24,000 nt of DNA, from the NCBI GenBank assembly GCA_021849425.1, contig JAJZSY010000002.1, positions 142,524-166,523 of the forward strand, given 5' to 3'. This document shows, piece by piece, positions 1 through 9,431 of this stretch. The position numbers and the translations under genes are program-made. Each line of letters opens with the position of its first letter. Position 1 is the stretch's first letter. Source of the DNA: Pseudomonadota bacterium (GTDB lineage Bacteria > Pseudomonadota > Alphaproteobacteria > Acetobacterales > Acetobacteraceae). The notes beneath the pieces are model-generated. The model searched no databases. It was not told the DNA's origin and was given only the letters and a program-made list of their open reading frames with translations.

Positions 1-7
1 AGGACGC

Positions 8-3000
8 ATGAGCGACGCCATCGCGATGGCCGAGGCGGCGCAGCGCGCGGCCTCCGACCCATCGGTTTCCGCCTTCGTCGGCGCCTCGGCCGGATCGGGC
101 AAGACCAAGCTGCTGACCGACCGGCTGCTGCGGCTGATGCTCTCCGGCGCACCGCCCAGCCGCATCCTCTGCCTGACCTTCACCCGCGCGGCGGCCGCCG
201 AGATGGCGATCCGCCTGCGCCGGCGGCTCGGCGACTGGGCCATCGCCACCGACGACAAGCTCGATGGCGATCTCACAGCGCTCGACATGCCGACCGATGC
301 GGCGACGCGGCAGCGGGCGCGGATGCTGTTCGGCCAGGTGCTTGACCTGCCGGGCGGCATGCGGATCGACACGGTCCATGCCTTCTGCCAGTCGCTGCTG
401 CGCCGGTTTCCGCTGGAGGCGCAGATCTCGCCGCATTTCGCCGTCGCCGACGAGGCCGAGGCCGCCGGCCGCCGCCGCGCCGCGCGCGAGGCCGTTCTGG
501 GTGATGACAGCCGCAATGCGGAAGCCGCGCTCAGGCTTCTCGCGGGGCAGATTTCGGAAACCGATTTCGCCGGCCTGACCGACCGGATGCTGACCGACGC
601 GCAGGCAAGGCTGGCGGGGCTCGCGTCCCGCTATGGGGATGTCGGGAGCATCGCCGCCATGCAGGCGGCCGCGCTCGACGCCCCCGATGAAGACGAGGAT
701 GCGATCCTGCTCTCGATCGTCGCATTCGACGATCGCGACATCCGTGCCACCCTTCGGGCGATGAGCGAACGCAGCTCGCCGAAAGCGCGGGAAAAGGCCG
801 CCGCCCTGCTGGCCTGGCTGAACCTGCCGCCAGCGCAGCGCGCCGCCCGGCTCGATATCTGGCGGGATGGCTTCTTCACCGGCGCCGGCGCGCCGCGCGC
901 GATGACAACGTTGTTGAGCAAGACGCTCGATGCCGCGGAACCGGCGCTGCGGACATCGATCGAGGCCGAGCAGGCACGGCTGCTGCGGATGATGGACCGC
1001 CTCGCGGCGCGGCGCCTCGCCGATCTTTCCGCCGCCCTCACCCGGCTCGCGCTGCCGATCCACGCCGCCGAACAGGGGGCGAAGCAGCTCAATGCGCGGT
1101 TCGACTATGCCGACCTGATCGCCCGCGCGGCACAGCTCCTGGTCGATCCCGGCGCCGCCTGGGTGCTCTACAAGCTCGATGGCGGGATCGACCATATCCT
1201 GCTCGACGAGGTGCAGGACATCGCACCGGCGCAATGGGCGGTGATCGACGCGATCGCGGCCGAGTTCTTTGCCGGCACAGGCGCGCGGAGCGACGGGGCA
1301 CGCACCATCTTCGCGGTCGGTGATCGGAAACAGTCGATCTACTCCTTCCAGGGCGCCGATCTTGCGAGTTTCGACGCCTGGCGGGCGGGCATCGGCGCCC
1401 GCGTGTCAGCCGCCGGCGCGCGCTGGCATGAAGGCAGCCTCGCGACCTCGTTTCGCTCCACGGCACCGGTTCTCGCCCTGGTGGACAAGGTGTTCGAGAG
1501 CGGGCCGGCGCGCGCCGGCGTGGTGATGCCCGGCGAGACGCTGGCGCATGGCGCAAGCCGCGCCGGACAGGCCGGCTCGGTCACGCTGTGGCCGCTGATT
1601 GCCGCCGACCCCGATCCCGACCTCGCTCCCTGGGCGCCGGCCGAGACCTATGCCGAACAGGCCTCGGCACGGCGGCGGCTTGCCCGGGCGGTGGCGGGAT
1701 GGATCGCCGCCAATATCGGCACGATGCGCCTTGAGTCGCGCGGGCGCATGCTTGCCCCCGGCGATGTCCTGATCTTGGTCAGGCAGCGCAACGAATTCGG
1801 CGTCGCCCTCACCCGCGCGCTGAAGGAGGCCAATGTCGAGGTTGCCGGGCTTGACCGCATGGTGCTGACCGAAACCCGCGCCGTGGCCGACCTGATGGCC
1901 CTTGCCCGCGTCGTGTTGCTGCCGCAGGACGATGTCGAACTCGCGACAGTGCTGGCAAGCCCGCTCGGAGGCTTGTCCGACGAGGAGCTGATGCGGCTTG
2001 CGCTCGGTCGCAAGGGCTCGCTGCGCGACGCGCTGTTCGCCCGCGCCGACGAGTGCGCTGGCTTCGCCGCCGCGCGCGACCTGATCGCCGAGGCGCAGGC
2101 GCGGGCGGATTTCGTCGCTCCCTACCGCTTCTTCGCCGAGGTGCTCGGGCCGATGGGCGGCCGGGCCCGGCTGCTCGCCCGGCTCGGGCCGGAGGCCGCC
2201 GAGCCGCTCGACGAACTGCTCGCCACAGCACTCGACCATGGCAGCCGCGAAACGCCAAGCCTGCAAGGCTTTCTCGCAGCGCTCGATGCCGCCGCCGCCG
2301 AGGTCAAGCGCGAGGCGGAGGCGGCCGGCAACGCGGTGCGGCTGATGACCGTTCACGGCGCGAAGGGCCTGCAGGCGCCGCTGGTCATCCTGCCGGACAC
2401 GACCGGACAGCCGGGCAAGGAGGCGCGCGAGATGATCCATTGGCTCGACGCCCCGCAGGATGGAGGTCAGGTGCCCATCTTCTGCCCCCGCGCCGACATG
2501 CGCAGCGCGGCGGTAGAGCAGGCTCTTGCCCGGAGCGCCACCCGCGCCGCCGAGGAATACAACCGGCTGCTCTACGTGGCCCTCACCCGCGCCGAGGACC
2601 ATCTGATCGTCTGTGGCGCGGCGCCGAAAACCAAGCTTCCGGACTCATGCTGGTACGAGAGCGTGCGCGCCGGTTTCACCAGGCTCGACGGCGTTGCCGA
2701 CCGCGCGGCGGAACCCCCGCTGGAGGGCAGCATCCTCTGCCTCGAAACCGCGCAGACGGCAGCGCCGGACCGGGCCGCCGCTATCGCCACGACGGTCGCT
2801 TCACCATTGCCGCGCTGGATCGGCCCGCAAACCGGCTGGCGCGCGGCGCCGCCGCCCGAGCCCGCACGCCGGATCGACCGCCTGGTGCCGAGCCGCAGCG
2901 CCGAAGGCGAAAGCTCGGGGCTTGCCGCGGCCTCGCCGCTGGCCGGCCGCGAGACCGGCCGCGCCGCCGCCCTTGCACGCGGGCGGCTGATCCACGCGCT

Positions 3001-3475
3001 GTTGCAGCATTTGCCCGATCTTGCCCCCGCCGGCCGGCGCGAGGCCGCGCGCCGCTATCTGGCCCAGCCAGGCCACAGCCTTGACGCCGCCGAACAGTCC
3101 GCCCTGATCGACGCGGTTTTCGGGGTGCTCGACCATCCTGAGCTGACGCCGCTGTTCGGCCCCGCCTCGCGCGCCGAGGCCCCGGTGGCCGGCATTGTCG
3201 GTGGCGTCGAGATCGGCGGCCTGATCGACCGGCTTGCCGTGCTGCCCGACCGGGTGCTGATCGCCGACTACAAGACCGACCGCCGGCCGCCGGACGATCC
3301 GGCCGGAATTCCCGAAGCCTATGCGGCGCAGCTCGCCGCCTATGCCGCGGTTCTCGCCGGAATATATCCCGATCGGCGGGTCGAGGCGGTGCTGGTCTGG
3401 ACATCGCGGGGCCGTGTCATGCCGGTGCCCGCCGCGACGCTGGCCCGGCATGCGCCGAAGCCGGAGCAGCCATAA
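8..3475 (+). CDS. addA: ATP-dependent helicase/nuclease subunit A of the AddAB double-strand-break repair complex
   Basis: Single 1155-aa ORF. The N-terminal half has UvrD/Rep-type helicase motifs: Walker A GSGKTK near aa 30 and motif II LLDEVQD. The C-terminal end has a RecB-type PD-(D/E)XK nuclease motif (GGLIDRL...LIADYKTD). Strong G/C bias at codon position 3. trxA lies directly downstream, as I recall for alphaproteobacterial addB-addA-trxA loci. The ATG is 7 nt from the window edge, so addB cannot be seen. Confidence 0.9.
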   Translation: MSDAIAMAEAAQRAASDPSVSAFVGASAGSGKTKLLTDRLLRLMLSGAPPSRILCLTFTRAAAAEMAIRLRRRLGDWAIATDDKLDGDLTALDMPTDAATRQRARMLFGQVLDLPGGMRIDTVHAFCQSLLRRFPLEAQISPHFAVADEAEAAGRRRAAREAVLGDDSRNAEAALRLLAGQISETDFAGLTDRMLTDAQARLAGLASRYGDVGSIAAMQAAALDAPDEDEDAILLSIVAFDDRDIRATLRAMSERSSPKAREKAAALLAWLNLPPAQRAARLDIWRDGFFTGAGAPRAMTTLLSKTLDAAEPALRTSIEAEQARLLRMMDRLAARRLADLSAALTRLALPIHAAEQGAKQLNARFDYADLIARAAQLLVDPGAAWVLYKLDGGIDHILLDEVQDIAPAQWAVIDAIAAEFFAGTGARSDGARTIFAVGDRKQSIYSFQGADLASFDAWRAGIGARVSAAGARWHEGSLATSFRSTAPVLALVDKVFESGPARAGVVMPGETLAHGASRAGQAGSVTLWPLIAADPDPDLAPWAPAETYAEQASARRRLARAVAGWIAANIGTMRLESRGRMLAPGDVLILVRQRNEFGVALTRALKEANVEVAGLDRMVLTETRAVADLMALARVVLLPQDDVELATVLASPLGGLSDEELMRLALGRKGSLRDALFARADECAGFAAARDLIAEAQARADFVAPYRFFAEVLGPMGGRARLLARLGPEAAEPLDELLATALDHGSRETPSLQGFLAALDAAAAEVKREAEAAGNAVRLMTVHGAKGLQAPLVILPDTTGQPGKEAREMIHWLDAPQDGGQVPIFCPRADMRSAAVEQALARSATRAAEEYNRLLYVALTRAEDHLIVCGAAPKTKLPDSCWYESVRAGFTRLDGVADRAAEPPLEGSILCLETAQTAAPDRAAAIATTVASPLPRWIGPQTGWRAAPPPEPARRIDRLVPSRSAEGESSGLAAASPLAGRETGRAAALARGRLIHALLQHLPDLAPAGRREAARRYLAQPGHSLDAAEQSALIDAVFGVLDHPELTPLFGPASRAEAPVAGIVGGVEIGGLIDRLAVLPDRVLIADYKTDRRPPDDPAGIPEAYAAQLAAYAAVLAGIYPDRRVEAVLVWTSRGRVMPVPAATLARHAPKPEQP

Positions 3476-3539
3476 GCTTGATCGTCACCGGGCGAGACGC
3501 CATTCTCGTATGCAACATATCGCTTCAAGGAGCATTATC

Positions 3540-3866
<327 letters not shown>

Positions 3867-3874
3867 CAGACCTG

Positions 3875-3904
3875 CGGGCGGGCACGGCGCGCCGCGTCCG
3901 CCCG
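3875..3904. terminator. GC-rich hairpin just after the trxA stop codon; candidate intrinsic terminator without a T-tract
   Basis: CGGGCGG (3875-3881) pairs with CCGCCCG (3898-3904). The intervening segment has further internal GGCG/CGCC pairing. It starts 9 nt after the trxA TGA. Confidence 0.35.
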
Positions 3905-3915
3905 GTCACGATCGG

Positions 3916-3946
3916 GCGCGCCATCCGGACCAATCGGATGGCGCGC
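3916..3946. terminator. Perfect 12-bp stem with 7-nt loop between convergent trxA and the aldo/keto reductase gene; candidate bidirectional terminator
   Basis: GCGCGCCATCCG (3916-3927), loop GACCAAT, CGGATGGCGCGC (3935-3946). The arms are an exact reverse complement. It lies in the 126-nt gap between two convergent stop codons. Confidence 0.55.
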
Positions 3947-3992
3947 GAACCGGCACGACCGACGCCCAGCTACTGCCGCCGGACTGAGCCGT

Positions 3993-5045
3993 TCAGAGAT
4001 GCGGCCCCAATAGCGCGAGATCCGCCGCGCCGAGCCGGTCCTTCGCCGTTTGTGCCTGGTGCCAGTAGGGATAATGCAGCGGGCGCTGGCTTACCGCATC
4101 CAGCATCGAACGTTCCTCCTTGGTCAGCGTCAGGCTCGCGGCCCGCAGGTTATCCGCCAGCTGCTCCTCGTTGCGTGCGCCGATAACGAGCGAGGTCACC
4201 GCCGGCCGCCCGAGCAGCCAGGCGAGCGCGACCTGCGCCGCGGAAACGCCGTGCGCGCCGGCAACCTCGATCAGCGCCTCCACGATGTCCCAGAGCCGGT
4301 CTTCGTCGTGGATCGGCGGTTCGCTCCATCCGGCAAGCTGGCGTGTGCCGGGCGGCGTGTCCTGGTTGCGACGATGCTTGCCGGAGAGCAGCCCGCCAGC
4401 GAGCGGACTCCAGACCAGCACGCCCAGTCCCTGATCGACCGCGAGCGGGATCAGCTCGTTCTCGGCCTCCCGCGCCTCCAGCGTGTAGTGGATCTGCTGG
4501 CTGACGAACCTTTCGCGATTCGTTCGCTCGGCGATCGCGAGCGCCTTCATGACATGCCAGGCGGAATAGTTCGAGCAGCCGACATACCGCACCTTGCCCT
4601 GGCGGATGAGCATGTCGAGCGCCTGCATCGTCTCCTCGAGCGGGGTCAGGCCGTCCCATTCATGAACCTGATACAGATCGATGACATCGGTGCGCAGCCG
4701 CGCCAGGCTCGCCTCGCAAGCCTGGATGATGTGATGGCGCGACAGGCCGCGGTCATTCGGCCCCTGTCCCATCGGAAACCGCACCTTGGTCGCTATCAGC
4801 AGCCCCTGCGGCCGCTTGCCGCCCAGCGCCTCGCCGATGATCTCCTCGGAGCCGCCGGTGGAATAGATGTCGGCGGTATCGATGAGATTGACGCCGGCAT
4901 CGACGCACATGTCGACCTGCCGCCGCGCCTCGGCACGCCCGACATTGCCGACCTTCCCGAACACGCCGCGTCCGCCCATCGTCATGGTGCCGAGCGTCAG
5001 CGTCGAAATCTTCAGGCCGGACCGGCCGAGCTGGCGATATTCCAT
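3993..5045 (-). CDS. aldo/keto reductase family oxidoreductase
   Basis: 350 aa from ATG 5045 (MEYRQLGRSGLKISTLTLGTMTMG...). This is the typical AKR N-terminus, followed by the LIDTADIYS motif and barrel-length sequence. The track ORF extends 21 codons further to 5108, but the homology-like sequence begins at MEYRQLG. Confidence 0.85.
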   Translation of the reverse strand: MEYRQLGRSGLKISTLTLGTMTMGGRGVFGKVGNVGRAEARRQVDMCVDAGVNLIDTADIYSTGGSEEIIGEALGGKRPQGLLIATKVRFPMGQGPNDRGLSRHHIIQACEASLARLRTDVIDLYQVHEWDGLTPLEETMQALDMLIRQGKVRYVGCSNYSAWHVMKALAIAERTNRERFVSQQIHYTLEAREAENELIPLAVDQGLGVLVWSPLAGGLLSGKHRRNQDTPPGTRQLAGWSEPPIHDEDRLWDIVEALIEVAGAHGVSAAQVALAWLLGRPAVTSLVIGARNEEQLADNLRAASLTLTKEERSMLDAVSQRPLHYPYWHQAQTAKDRLGAADLALLGPHL

Positions 5046-5333
5046 CGGGATGCTCCATTGAATTGTTGCGGCAGATGTCGTGCGGTGCCGCCAGCGGAAC
5101 AAGGGCACGGCCTGTGAGCGGCCATCGCGCGGCGCCCGCGATGCGCCTTCGTAACAACTGTCATCGAGGCTTCACACTAAAGCGCCTCAGGCTCGTCTAC
5201 ACGCGGTGTGACGGGAGGCGGCCCGCAATGTGGGCGCGCCCAGTCGTGTTTGTCGGGCAAAACGATCCGGCCGAAGTCCTCCCGCGCCGGCACCGGCCTG
5301 GGAATGCTCCGGGCGGAGTCTCGGAGAGTCAGC

Positions 5334-6005
5334 ATGACCTTGGATTATATCATTCACCTCGCGAATTATTCCGACGGGGTGCTTTACGTTCTCGCCGGTC
5401 TTTTCGTCATCGCTGTCGCGGTGATCATCGATCGGATGTGGTATCTTCGCCGCGCGATCCTTCGCGGCAGCTCGATCGTCCGCCGCATGGCCGCCATGGG
5501 CCGTGTGAATGAGGACGATCTCGTGACGCTGCGCGACTATGCCGGCCGGATGCCGGAAGCGCTGCTGCTCGATACCGCCCTGAACCACATGCACGATACC
5601 AACCACGCCGCGATGAACAGCCGGATGGACGAGGCGATCATGCTGGTCGCACCCCGGCTCGACCGGCGGATGTGGGTGCTGGACACGATCGTGACGCTCG
5701 CCCCGCTGCTCGGCCTGTTCGGCACGATCATCGGCATGTTCCACGCCTTCTCGGTGCTCGCCACGCCCGGCCATGCGCCGGCCGAGGTGACCGGCGGCGT
5801 GGCCGATGCCCTTGTTGCTACCGCCTGCGGCATCTTCATCGCCATGATCGGCCTCGCCACCTTCAACATGCTGCAGAACCAGGTCCGCCTGATCATCCAC
5901 CAGCTCGAGACGATCCGCACCATGGTGCTGAACCGCACCGATGGCGCGCCGGTGGTGCCCCATGCCGGCAGCCGCCCCGCGGTTCGCAGCGCGGTGGCGG
6001 CCTGA
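5334..6005 (+). CDS. exbB: MotA/TolQ/ExbB-family proton-channel protein (ExbB-like)
   Basis: 223 aa from ATG 5334, with a GGAGAG Shine-Dalgarno at 5323-5328. It has an N-terminal TM helix, a cytoplasmic segment, then the conserved two-TM core (LAPLLGLFGTIIGMF...GGVADALVATACGIFIAMIGLATFN). An ExbD/TolR gene follows after 4 nt. Confidence 0.85.
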   Translation: MTLDYIIHLANYSDGVLYVLAGLFVIAVAVIIDRMWYLRRAILRGSSIVRRMAAMGRVNEDDLVTLRDYAGRMPEALLLDTALNHMHDTNHAAMNSRMDEAIMLVAPRLDRRMWVLDTIVTLAPLLGLFGTIIGMFHAFSVLATPGHAPAEVTGGVADALVATACGIFIAMIGLATFNMLQNQVRLIIHQLETIRTMVLNRTDGAPVVPHAGSRPAVRSAVAA

Positions 6006-6009
6006 TTTC

Positions 6010-6498
6010 ATGAACATGCGCTATTTCGAGGCCCGGAAAGCGCGCGTCGAGATCATCCCGATGATCGACGTGATGCTTTTTCTGCTGGTATTCTTCATCA
6101 TCGTCACGCTACAGATGATCCCGGATGCCGGAATCCCGATGCAGCTGCCGAACTCGACGCAGACGACGCATCTCAAGCACCCCAAATTCACCGTGAACAT
6201 TCTTGCCGATGGCAGCATCCAGGTGAAGAAGCAGGTGCTGACGCCGGACCAGCTCACCGCCATGTTCCAGGGCGATGGCGATCCGTCCAAGACCGAGGTG
6301 ACCATCGCCGCGTCGAAGGCAGTGGCCTTCCAGCATTTCGTGACGGTGATGGACGCCGCGCGAAAGGCGGGCGTGACCGATATCGGCATCGCGGCACAGC
6401 CGGTTGCCGGAGCTGCGGCTTCTGCCGCCAGCGGAACGACCGCGACAGCAGCGCCGGCAGCCCCCGCCGCCGCCGCCGCGCCGTCCAGCGGCAACTGA
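6010..6498 (+). CDS. exbD: ExbD/TolR-family biopolymer transport protein with an Ala/Pro-rich C-terminal tail
   Basis: 162 aa from ATG 6010; ATG 6016 is an alternative start. It has a single TM with the conserved Asp (IIPMIDVMLFLLVFF) and a periplasmic ExbD-type domain (ADGSIQV...VTIAASKAVAFQHFVTVMDAARKAGV). A low-complexity tail of about 34 aa follows (AAQPVAGAAASAASGTTATAAPAAPAAAAAPSSGN). Confidence 0.85.
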   Translation: MNMRYFEARKARVEIIPMIDVMLFLLVFFIIVTLQMIPDAGIPMQLPNSTQTTHLKHPKFTVNILADGSIQVKKQVLTPDQLTAMFQGDGDPSKTEVTIAASKAVAFQHFVTVMDAARKAGVTDIGIAAQPVAGAAASAASGTTATAAPAAPAAAAAPSSGN

Positions 6499-6509
6499 CC
6501 CGACGGGTT

Positions 6510-6533
6510 GGCCGGGCCTTGAACGGCCCGGCC
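6510..6533. terminator. Perfect 9-bp GC hairpin between convergent exbD and the FAD-oxidase gene; candidate bidirectional terminator
   Basis: GGCCGGGCC (6510-6518), loop TTGAAC, GGCCCGGCC (6525-6533). It fills most of the 40-nt gap between the two stop codons. Confidence 0.5.
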
Positions 6534-6538
6534 GGCCT

Positions 6539-7912
6539 TCAGTCGAGAAACATCTTTCCAGGATTGAGGATACCGCGTGGATCGAGCGCCTGCTTGATCG
6601 CCCGCATCACCCCAAGCGCCGCCGCCCCGTGCTCGCGCGGCAGGAACTCCCGCTTGCCGAGCCCCACCCCATGCTCGCCGCTCGCCGCCCCGCCGAACGA
6701 AAGCGCCTGGGCGACAATTTCACGATCAAGCTCCCAGGCTTTCGCCCGGCCCTCCTCGCCTTCAGGATAGAGGATCAGCACGTGGAAATTGCCATCGCCG
6801 ACATGGCCGACGATGCAGGCTTCGAGGCCGGAGCGCGTCACCGCCTCGCGCGCCAGCGAAACCGCCTCGGCCAGCCGCGAGATCGGCACGATCGTGTCGG
6901 TCGCAAAGGCGCCCTTGCCGGGATAGGCCGCGCGAGCCGCCCAATAGGCATCGTGGCGGGCGCGCCAGAGCCGGTTGCGCGCCTCGGTTTCGGTCGCGAA
7001 GGCGAAGCCGCTGCCGCCATGGGCCCTGGCAATTTCCTCGGCCAAGGCCCCCTGTTCGGCAACACCCTGCGCGCTGCCGTGGAACTCGAACATCAGCGTC
7101 GGGCCGGCGATGAGATGATCGAGCTTCGAATAGGCGATCGAGGCCGCCATCTGCGCGGTATCGGCGAATTCGATGCGGGCGACCGGAATGCCGGTCTGCA
7201 TGATCTCGATCACCGCGGCCACCGCCGCGTGCTCGTCGGCGAAACCGCAGACGGCGGCGCCGATCGCCTCGGGAATGCCGTAGAGTTTCAGCTGCACCTC
7301 GGTGATGATGCCGAGCGTGCCCTCCGAGCCGATCAGCAGGCGGGTCAGGTCATAGCCGGTGGACGATTTGCGGACCCGCCCGCCAGTGTCGATCACCGTG
7401 CCATCGGCGAGCACGGCGCGCAGCCCCAGCACATTGTCGCGGATCGTGCCGTAGCGCACCGTGGTCGTGCCGGAGGCGCGCGTCGCGCACATTCCGCCGA
7501 TTGTCGCATCCGCTCCGGGATCGACCGGGAAGAACAGCCCGTGATCGCGCAGATAGGTGTTGAGCTGCCGCCGTGTCACCCCGGCCTCCACCCGGCCGTC
7601 GAGATCCGCGTCGTTCACCTCGATCACCCGGTTCATCCGCGTCAGATCGAGGCTGATGCCGCCACGCACCGGGGTCACATGGCCTTCGAGCGAGGTGCCC
7701 GCGCCAAACGGCGTGACCGGCACGCCCGCCGCGTGGCACAGCCGCAGCAGCCGCGAAACCTCCTCGGTCGACTCGGGAAACGCCACCGCATCCGGCAGGC
7801 TGGTGGCCGCGTTGGCCTCGCCATGGGCGTGGGTTTCGCGGATATTGGCGTTAAGGCTGAGCCGCTCGCCGAAAATGGCGCGGGCGGCATCGATCGTGCT
7901 CTGCGTTTCCAT
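6539..7912 (-). CDS. FAD-linked oxidase, GlcD / D-lactate dehydrogenase (cytochrome) family
   Basis: 457 aa. The N-terminal half is an FAD-binding PCMH-type domain (PDAVAFPESTEEVSRLLRLCHAAGVPVTPFGAGTSLEGH...GTLGIITEV). The C-terminal half is an FAD-linked oxidase domain ending in SGEHGVGLGKREFL...LDPRGILNPGK. Confidence 0.85.
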   Translation of the reverse strand: METQSTIDAARAIFGERLSLNANIRETHAHGEANAATSLPDAVAFPESTEEVSRLLRLCHAAGVPVTPFGAGTSLEGHVTPVRGGISLDLTRMNRVIEVNDADLDGRVEAGVTRRQLNTYLRDHGLFFPVDPGADATIGGMCATRASGTTTVRYGTIRDNVLGLRAVLADGTVIDTGGRVRKSSTGYDLTRLLIGSEGTLGIITEVQLKLYGIPEAIGAAVCGFADEHAAVAAVIEIMQTGIPVARIEFADTAQMAASIAYSKLDHLIAGPTLMFEFHGSAQGVAEQGALAEEIARAHGGSGFAFATETEARNRLWRARHDAYWAARAAYPGKGAFATDTIVPISRLAEAVSLAREAVTRSGLEACIVGHVGDGNFHVLILYPEGEEGRAKAWELDREIVAQALSFGGAASGEHGVGLGKREFLPREHGAAALGVMRAIKQALDPRGILNPGKMFLD

Positions 7913-8033
7913 GATGTCAGGCTAACGGCATTTCATCGCAAAGTCATGTGCCGGAACAGGCGCATGCCGCCCCGACCCGACTTGCCCAACCGGCGCGGAG
8001 CGAATACCGCATGTCGCCATGCAGATGACAGCG

Positions 8034-8846
8034 ATGAAACTCCTCTATCTGGGTGACGTGGTGGGCCGGTCCGGGCGCGAAGCGGTCATCGCCGCCCTGC
8101 CGCGGCTGAAACGGGAACTCGGCGCCGATGTGGCGGTGGTCAACGGCGAGAACGCTTCCCACGGCTTCGGCCTCGCGCCGGACATGGCGGACGCCCTGTT
8201 CGCCGCCGGGGCGGATGCCATCACCCTCGGCAACCACGCCTGGGACCGCAAGGAGATCATCCCCTATATCGCGCAGCAGAAGCGGGTGATCAGGCCGCTC
8301 AACTTTCCCCCCGGCACGCCGGGCGATGGCGTGGTCGACATCACCCTGCCGGATGGAAGGCGCGTGCTGATCGCCCAGGTGATGGGCCGGCTGTTCATGG
8401 ACCCGATGGACTGCCCGTTCCGCGCGCTGGAAGGGGTTCTGGCGCGCGTGCGGCTCGGCGTCACCCACGCGGCGATCATGGTGGATTTCCATGGCGAGGC
8501 GACGAGCGAGAAAATGGCCTTTGCCCATCGCTTCGACGGCGCCGTAACCGCCGTGCTCGGCACCCATACGCATATCCCGACCGCCGACCACCACGTCATG
8601 GCCGGGGGGACCGGCTTCATGGCGGATGTCGGCATGTGCGGCGATTACGACAGCGTGATCGGCATGACCAAGGAGGCGGCCATTGGCCGGTTCATCCGCA
8701 AGATGCCGGGCGAGCGGCTGCACCCGACCGAAGGCGAGGCGACGGTGTGCGGCGCGCTGATCCGCATCGCCTCGGACGGGCGGGCACTGGCGGTCGAGCC
8801 GGTGCGCCTCGGCGGCCGGCTTGCACCCGCCATGCCCTCACGCTGA
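8034..8846 (+). CDS. YmdB-like metallophosphoesterase (2',3'-cyclic-nucleotide phosphodiesterase family)
   Basis: The N-terminus MKLLYLGDVVGRSGREAV...DVAVVNGENASHGFG and later GNHAWD and DFHGEATSEK motifs match the YmdB/MG_246-type calcineurin-like phosphoesterase pattern. An ATG at 8019 is an alternative start, 5 codons longer. Confidence 0.8.
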   Translation: MKLLYLGDVVGRSGREAVIAALPRLKRELGADVAVVNGENASHGFGLAPDMADALFAAGADAITLGNHAWDRKEIIPYIAQQKRVIRPLNFPPGTPGDGVVDITLPDGRRVLIAQVMGRLFMDPMDCPFRALEGVLARVRLGVTHAAIMVDFHGEATSEKMAFAHRFDGAVTAVLGTHTHIPTADHHVMAGGTGFMADVGMCGDYDSVIGMTKEAAIGRFIRKMPGERLHPTEGEATVCGALIRIASDGRALAVEPVRLGGRLAPAMPSR

Positions 8847-9377
8847 GCGCCGGCCGGGCAGCATCCGCCGGATGATGCGCTCGCCGCGCATCTCGTGCCG
8901 CACGGCGCCGCCGACATGGGCGAGCAGCAACAGGATGATGGCGATCCCTCCCCAGAAATGGAGAAATTCGAAAACCTCCTGCACGCCATGATTCTTGCCG
9001 ACGAGAACCGGCAGCGTGAACAGCCCGAAGAATGGCACCTTGCGGCCATGCGCCTCGACGAACAGGATGCCGAAAACCGGCATCGCCAGCAGCAGCGCGT
9101 AGAACAGCATCTGTGTCGCATGCGCCGCGATCTGGAACGGCCGGCCGATCGTCTCCGGCAGAGGCGGCACGCCGGAGCGGCGCCGGATGAACAGGCGAAC
9201 CACCATCAGCGCGAGAATGGCAAGGCCGAAGCTCATGTGGATGACCGCAAGCGGCCGGTGAACGGATTTCGAAATCAGGTCGTAATGCAGCAGCAGCCCG
9301 GCAATCACGAGTCCGATGACGGTTGCGGCGATCAGCCAGTGCAGAACCTGGATGGATGGGCGATAACGGGCGTCCAT
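8838..9377 (-). CDS. cytochrome b561 family protein (CybB-like, four-TM di-haem)
   Basis: 179 aa. It shows the pattern YRPSIQVLHWLIA..., four hydrophobic helices, and conserved His positions (HW near the N-terminus, IHMSFG, AHATQ, LAHVGGAVRH), as in bacterial cytochrome b561. Confidence 0.8.
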   Translation of the reverse strand: MDARYRPSIQVLHWLIAATVIGLVIAGLLLHYDLISKSVHRPLAVIHMSFGLAILALMVVRLFIRRRSGVPPLPETIGRPFQIAAHATQMLFYALLLAMPVFGILFVEAHGRKVPFFGLFTLPVLVGKNHGVQEVFEFLHFWGGIAIILLLLAHVGGAVRHEMRGERIIRRMLPGRRSA

Positions 9378-9431
9378 GGATTGACCTCGAATGATGTTCG
9401 TATTGATTGACTACAGGAAAATGGCGCAGCA

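Noticed and set aside
3321-3539. Upstream in-frame extensions of real genes in the ORF track: trxA from 3321, xerD from 12565, the pseudouridine synthase from 22702, exbB from 5208, exbD from 5941, fliF to 21833 and the AKR gene to 5108.
   Set aside because: The extensions overlap neighbouring genes and have no family-like sequence. Internal ATGs coincide with the canonical N-termini, and several have a Shine-Dalgarno or a stop/start overlap.
5046-5333. The 288-bp divergent region upstream of exbB, checked for Fur or Irr iron boxes, riboswitch-like structure and small ORFs.
   Set aside because: I could not recognise a match to the Fur or Irr consensus. Only short (4-6 bp) inverted repeats are present (for example ACACGCGGTGT and TCACAC...GTGTGA). 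The ORFs in the region are GC shadow frames without ribosome-binding sites.
6404-6490. GCC/GCG-rich low-complexity DNA that superficially looks like a tandem repeat.
   Set aside because: There is no regular repeat unit. It simply encodes the Ala/Pro-rich ExbD tail. No CRISPR-like repeat-spacer periodicity was seen here or anywhere else in the window.
5334-6498. The MotA/ExbB-like plus ExbD-like pair as a flagellar stator or a Zorya-type (ZorAB) defence motor.
   Set aside because: The second protein has an ExbD/TolR-type periplasmic domain and lacks the OmpA-like peptidoglycan-binding domain of MotB and ZorB. The first protein is ExbB-sized (223 aa), not the much longer ZorA. No partner effector genes are adjacent.
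6404-8056. 550-aa plus-strand ORF antisense to the FAD-oxidase gene. Similar long shadow ORFs occur at 15318-17018 (566 aa, antisense to flhA), 1406-2602 and 2053-3084 (within addA), 4050-5117 (antisense to the AKR gene), 5187-6017 (antisense to exbB), 8692-9591, 19144-20310 (antisense to fliG) and 22897-23799.
   Set aside because: Their translations are Arg/Pro/Gly/Ala-rich low-complexity strings with no recognisable motifs. Each lies opposite, or out of frame with, a gene that has clear family signatures. Long stop-free antisense frames are expected in DNA this GC-rich.
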